Source of the DNA: Iphione sp. A-MEVVRFRX5
Taxonomy: Eukaryota
Direction: 5' to 3'
Assembly: GCA_976226885.1 (NCBI GenBank)
Contig: OZ320315.1
Coordinates: 89,404,001 to 89,468,000 of the forward strand
DNA length: 64,000 bases
Shown: positions 60,058 through 64,000 of the stretch, in pieces
How positions within the stretch are numbered: position 1 is the stretch's first letter
Layout: each line of letters opens with the position of its first letter
The notes under the pieces: generated by a model
Told to the model about the DNA's origin: nothing
What the model saw: the letters and a program-made list of their open reading frames with translations, nothing else
Database searches by the model: none
Position numbers and translations under genes: made by a program

Positions 60058-62919
60058 ATGGCTAACCAAAAACAACTACAGGGCACCCTAAAAATATTTT
60101 ACATTAATATACAAAGTATACTCAACAAGCTAGACATTCTTAAAATACAGATATTGTCAGACAAGTATGACCTAATATTTTTAACTGAGACCTGGTTACA
60201 TAATGACATATTAGACGGACTATTAGATATTGAAGTGTACAACCTCGTGAGACTGGACAGAGCAACGAGAACAAAATCCATGAAAACCAAGAGAGGAGGA
60301 GGACTATGCATATATTACAAAACCAACTTACCAATTAATACGGCAATATATAGTAATCTATCTGGATCAACTGACGAATATGAATGTATGTGGATCAAAA
60401 TAGAAGGTCAAATAAACCATTGTATAGGTCTACTTTACCGTCCTCCCCAGGGCAAAGTGGAAGAGACATTAGTTTACCTATCAAATTGTCTATCGAACAT
60501 AAGTTCATCCGTTATTCTCATTGGAGATTTTAATATAGATTATTCAAAAAATGACAAGCGGAAACAAAGCTTGCTAGATTTTGAAGCTAAATTCCGGCTA
60601 TCCCAAATCATCAACATCCCAACACGTGGAAGCAATCGTGCCAAATCAATTATTGACCATGTGTACATCCGAACAAAATTAAAGGTATCAACTAGTATAA
60701 TTAAAAAGAATATCAGTGATCATCACGGGATAACCACAAAACTTACAATACCAGAGATGAAAAAATATGACCAAAAAGTTGCTGAATATAGACCATGGAA
60801 TGACAAAATTGCAATAAAATGCATCGAACGTATAAATAATGTATTGTGGAAAAAATTCTTTGAAGAGGATGATATAGAATTTCTGTGGCATTTTCTTCGA
60901 ATCACATTACAGGAAGCACTCGATCACATTTGCCCTAGACAGCGAAAAAGTATCAAGGAATACTCGATTCCATGGATCACAAGTGAGATAATAACAGTAA
61001 TAAACAGAAAACACAGGCACCTTAGGCAATACCATCAGTCTAAAGAACGGAAATACTTACTATTGGCAAATAAAACAAACAACGTTGTCAAATCTCTTAT
61101 AAGAAGAAATAAATCCAAATACTTCGAGGGAATGCTAAACAACAACCCAAGCCCTCGGGACTATTGGAAAAGGCTCAATCAACTATTTAAGACAAAGAAT
61201 AAAAAGGAAAATAAAATAGCAATTTGCGATGATACAGGGAATGAACTCACAGATTACAACTCCTGTAATTATATTAATACCTTTTTTGCGAGTATAGGAA
61301 GTAAGCAACTCGACGAAACGGAGGCTACTTACCTATCGGTTACCACCCCGTTTGAGAAGGAACCTAGTCAATTACCAATTAAATTAGCATCACAGGAGGA
61401 AATAAAAGAAATAATAAAAGGGATTAATACCAATAAACCATCTGGAATATATTGGTGTACAAATAAAATATTGGTAGACATGCTCGAGAACATACCGGAA
61501 CAATTAACATACCTGATAAATTGCTCACTGAGAAAAGGAAAAGTGCCTAACGACTGGAAAACAGGGATAATCACGCCAATTTTTAAAAAAGGGGACCGAA
61601 AACAAGCTGGTAATTATAGACCAATTACAATATTGCCCACATTTTCAAAGATTATCGAGCGAGTAGTACATACTAGAATATACCAACACCTTGAGGAACA
61701 CCATCTCTTACATACGCAACAATATGGGTTCAGAAAAGACAAGTCAACAGTAAAAGCTGGGGTAGCAGTAACTGACATTATCTATGAAAACCTAAATAAT
61801 GGTCTATTAACTGGCATAGTTCTAGTTGACTATGCAAAGGCATTCGACAGTATTGATCACAAAATAATCTTAAACAAACTAAATTGGTATGGTTTAGAAG
61901 CATATAGAAAATGGCTTGAAAGTTACTTATCAAATCGGACGCAGCAAACTAAAGCAAACAATTGTATCTCTGATCTGGCCACAGTAACAACAGGGGTACC
62001 CCAAGGAAGTATCTTGGGGCCCCTGTTGTTCCTACTGTACATAAATGACTCTTTTACTGCAATCAAGCGGTCTAACTGCATACTATACGCAGATGACACT
62101 ATACTGCTGGCAACGGGAGATAACCCAAAAAGCCTAAATGACATTTTGCAGAGCGACCTACAAAACCTACAAGAATGGTGCAAAATAAATCGTTTGAAAA
62201 TTAACCCTACCAAAACAGAAGCAATATTGTTCTGTAATAAGCACAGTAAGTACAAAAATGCCCATCTGGACTTGCATCTAGACAATAATTTGATCAAAAA
62301 TGTAGACTCTGTGAGATACTTAGGATTGAATTTAGATAAACACATGAGTCAGAAAGGACAAATAGAAGGAATAATCAAAAAGATCAAACCACTTGTTTTC
62401 ATGTTTAATAAAACCCGACCATACATGAACACGCAAACAGCTAGTCGAATTCTAAAGGCATTTATTTTACCCCATATCGAATATGGAGCAGTACTATTGA
62501 ACAAACAAGACAACCCCCTTTTCCAGAATCTGATGAGAATGTTCGACAGAGTAGTGAGGGTAAGTTTCAAGGATTGGACTAGTAACACATTAGACCTATA
62601 CAAGAAATTAAACTTACCAACTTTAGACCTACGCTGTGACTACCACCTAGCACTACTGGCAGTTAAAAGCGACTATCTTTGCGAAATTAAGACAACCAAT
62701 TCAGGGAAGACTAGAAATGACTTTAGACTTACGAAGAAAAGCCCTAAACCCAAGCGTGAAATATACAAACAGTCATGTAAATATAACTTGATTAGAGTAT
62801 GGAACGACCTACCTCTCTCACTAAAGCTTCGTCCTATTCCAAAAGACAATATACTGAAGAAACACTTGAAGCGTCACTTTATGTCCAAGATCCAAAAAGA
62901 GAACTGGAGGGTGCCCTGA
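60058..62919 (+). CDS. LINE ORF2: AP endonuclease + reverse transcriptase (953 aa, intact)
   Basis: APE: INIQS, LTETW, GGG, GDFN, IDH, SDH. RT: NYRPITIL, QYGFR, DYAKAFD, GVPQGSILGP, YADD. C-terminal WNDLP. Confidence 0.97.
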   Translation: MANQKQLQGTLKIFYINIQSILNKLDILKIQILSDKYDLIFLTETWLHNDILDGLLDIEVYNLVRLDRATRTKSMKTKRGGGLCIYYKTNLPINTAIYSNLSGSTDEYECMWIKIEGQINHCIGLLYRPPQGKVEETLVYLSNCLSNISSSVILIGDFNIDYSKNDKRKQSLLDFEAKFRLSQIINIPTRGSNRAKSIIDHVYIRTKLKVSTSIIKKNISDHHGITTKLTIPEMKKYDQKVAEYRPWNDKIAIKCIERINNVLWKKFFEEDDIEFLWHFLRITLQEALDHICPRQRKSIKEYSIPWITSEIITVINRKHRHLRQYHQSKERKYLLLANKTNNVVKSLIRRNKSKYFEGMLNNNPSPRDYWKRLNQLFKTKNKKENKIAICDDTGNELTDYNSCNYINTFFASIGSKQLDETEATYLSVTTPFEKEPSQLPIKLASQEEIKEIIKGINTNKPSGIYWCTNKILVDMLENIPEQLTYLINCSLRKGKVPNDWKTGIITPIFKKGDRKQAGNYRPITILPTFSKIIERVVHTRIYQHLEEHHLLHTQQYGFRKDKSTVKAGVAVTDIIYENLNNGLLTGIVLVDYAKAFDSIDHKIILNKLNWYGLEAYRKWLESYLSNRTQQTKANNCISDLATVTTGVPQGSILGPLLFLLYINDSFTAIKRSNCILYADDTILLATGDNPKSLNDILQSDLQNLQEWCKINRLKINPTKTEAILFCNKHSKYKNAHLDLHLDNNLIKNVDSVRYLGLNLDKHMSQKGQIEGIIKKIKPLVFMFNKTRPYMNTQTASRILKAFILPHIEYGAVLLNKQDNPLFQNLMRMFDRVVRVSFKDWTSNTLDLYKKLNLPTLDLRCDYHLALLAVKSDYLCEIKTTNSGKTRNDFRLTKKSPKPKREIYKQSCKYNLIRVWNDLPLSLKLRPIPKDNILKKHLKRHFMSKIQKENWRVP

Positions 62920-63481
62920 GAGATTCAGGTAGACACGACACCTAACAGCCCAGGAAAACAAATCTTTTTGTGCCCCCCGACTAATGAATATCATACGCCA
63001 CATGAGTAAAGGATTATCGGGCATTGTGCAATATCATCCATCCCATATACCATACTTAGACAATCTCATATACTACCCATCAGAACTAACCAGTACTTAT
63101 CAATACTTTCATCCATAAACGCTCTCGACATTCCGTGTTTATGTTTATTCTTTGATACTAACCAAAACTCTCTTTTTCTTTCCTATATTTTTATTTTTTT
63201 TTTTTGTGTAACATGAGAACAGGTAATATACAACTGAAGAATGTATGTCTGAGCAGTGAAATATAACTGGATATGTAATGGCCTTGAGCCTCCAAAAACT
63301 CCAGTGGAAATAAACGATATAAAAAAAAAAAAAAAAAAAAAATAACATTATCTTCACGGTCAAAACATGGTCCTGGCCACTGTGCACAGTGTATTTCCTA
63401 TTCACACGTGCGCAATCTTTCAAAATGTATGACATCATGCATTAGTTGAGCAAATGTTCTTACCTCTCTGTAAACCATCTC

Positions 63482-63521
<40 letters not shown>

Positions 63522-63760
63522 TATGATTTATCCCCCTCGTCTCAATGGCCAGGGGCCGGGAGTCATGGGGGAAGGGTACTTCGCCGCTTTGGCAGTGCCA
63601 GGTTGCCCTGTGAGGGTAACCCTTACCTAAGTTTTCCCTGCTCTTTTAGGGAGGCTGACGGGCTTCTGTCCCAGAAACCGTCTCGTCGATGACGGATTTG
63701 GACATTTGAATCAATCACCCCGTAGATATGGTAAAAGCATTTGTTTGAAACATTACTAAA
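63482..63760 (-). mobile_element. Probable 3' end of a SINE/LINE with a (TAC)n tail
   Basis: (GTA)n at 63482-63523 abuts a GC-richer ~230-bp segment with a CCGTC...GACGG hairpin; family not recognised. Confidence 0.35.
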
Positions 63761-64000
63761 CAGCCTACATTTGCATACACGTGCATCTTGTTTGGATATT
63801 TGGTCAAGCTGTGGGACATCTACAGTCTGTATGATCCACTCCACTAAAATCAAAACATAAGGCATAAAGAGATGCGTGTAGTCAGCAATCTTATAAGTAC
63901 AATTATCTCCACAATTTAGTCCTCCCCATATATTTCTCAACAATCACAACGAAAAAGAATGAACGTGTATATTCATGTAATGGAGGCGTGTTTGTAATAT

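Larger units (their letters stand above)
58248..63342 (+). mobile_element. Near-complete CR1/L2-group LINE (5' boundary uncertain)
   Basis: Small upstream ORFs, intact APE-RT ORF, ~400-nt 3' UTR, AATAAA at 63309-63314 and A22 tail at 63321-63342. Confidence 0.85.

Overview
Eukaryotic, AT-rich, repeat-dominated metazoan DNA, probably from a marine invertebrate (taxon not identifiable), with a 149-N assembly gap at 14806-14954. No host protein-coding gene could be named. The window holds two complete, very young and highly divergent Ngaro/PAT-type tyrosine-recombinase (YR) retrotransposons on the minus strand, E1 (9943-14784) and E2 (34400-38715). Both have A1-gag-pol-YR-B1-A2-B2 split direct repeats that read as identical. 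There is also a near-complete CR1/L2-group LINE on the plus strand (~58248-63342): a NADAR-like C-terminal remnant, an intact SGNH esterase ORF and an intact 953-aa APE-RT ORF. Older material includes LINE RT fossils, two copies of a tRNA-derived SINE, several MITEs, mini- and microsatellites, and a degenerate 28S rRNA 5' fragment. The best candidate for an undescribed system is a cis-architecture shared by E1 and E2 despite their divergence. (i) Phase-1 splice donors sit at the equivalent point in gag and phase-1 acceptors at the equivalent 'D-P' start of YR, predicting a spliced GagN-YR fusion recombinase. (ii) An interrupted hairpin spans the B1/A2 circle junction and crossover core, as in folded single-stranded YR substrates. 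(iii) Gag-Pol recoding differs: an A_AAA_AAC site plus pseudoknot (-1 frameshift) in E1, and in-frame UGA-CUA readthrough plus a stem-loop in E2. All of this was read by eye; the mechanisms are inferences that need RNA or multi-copy evidence.
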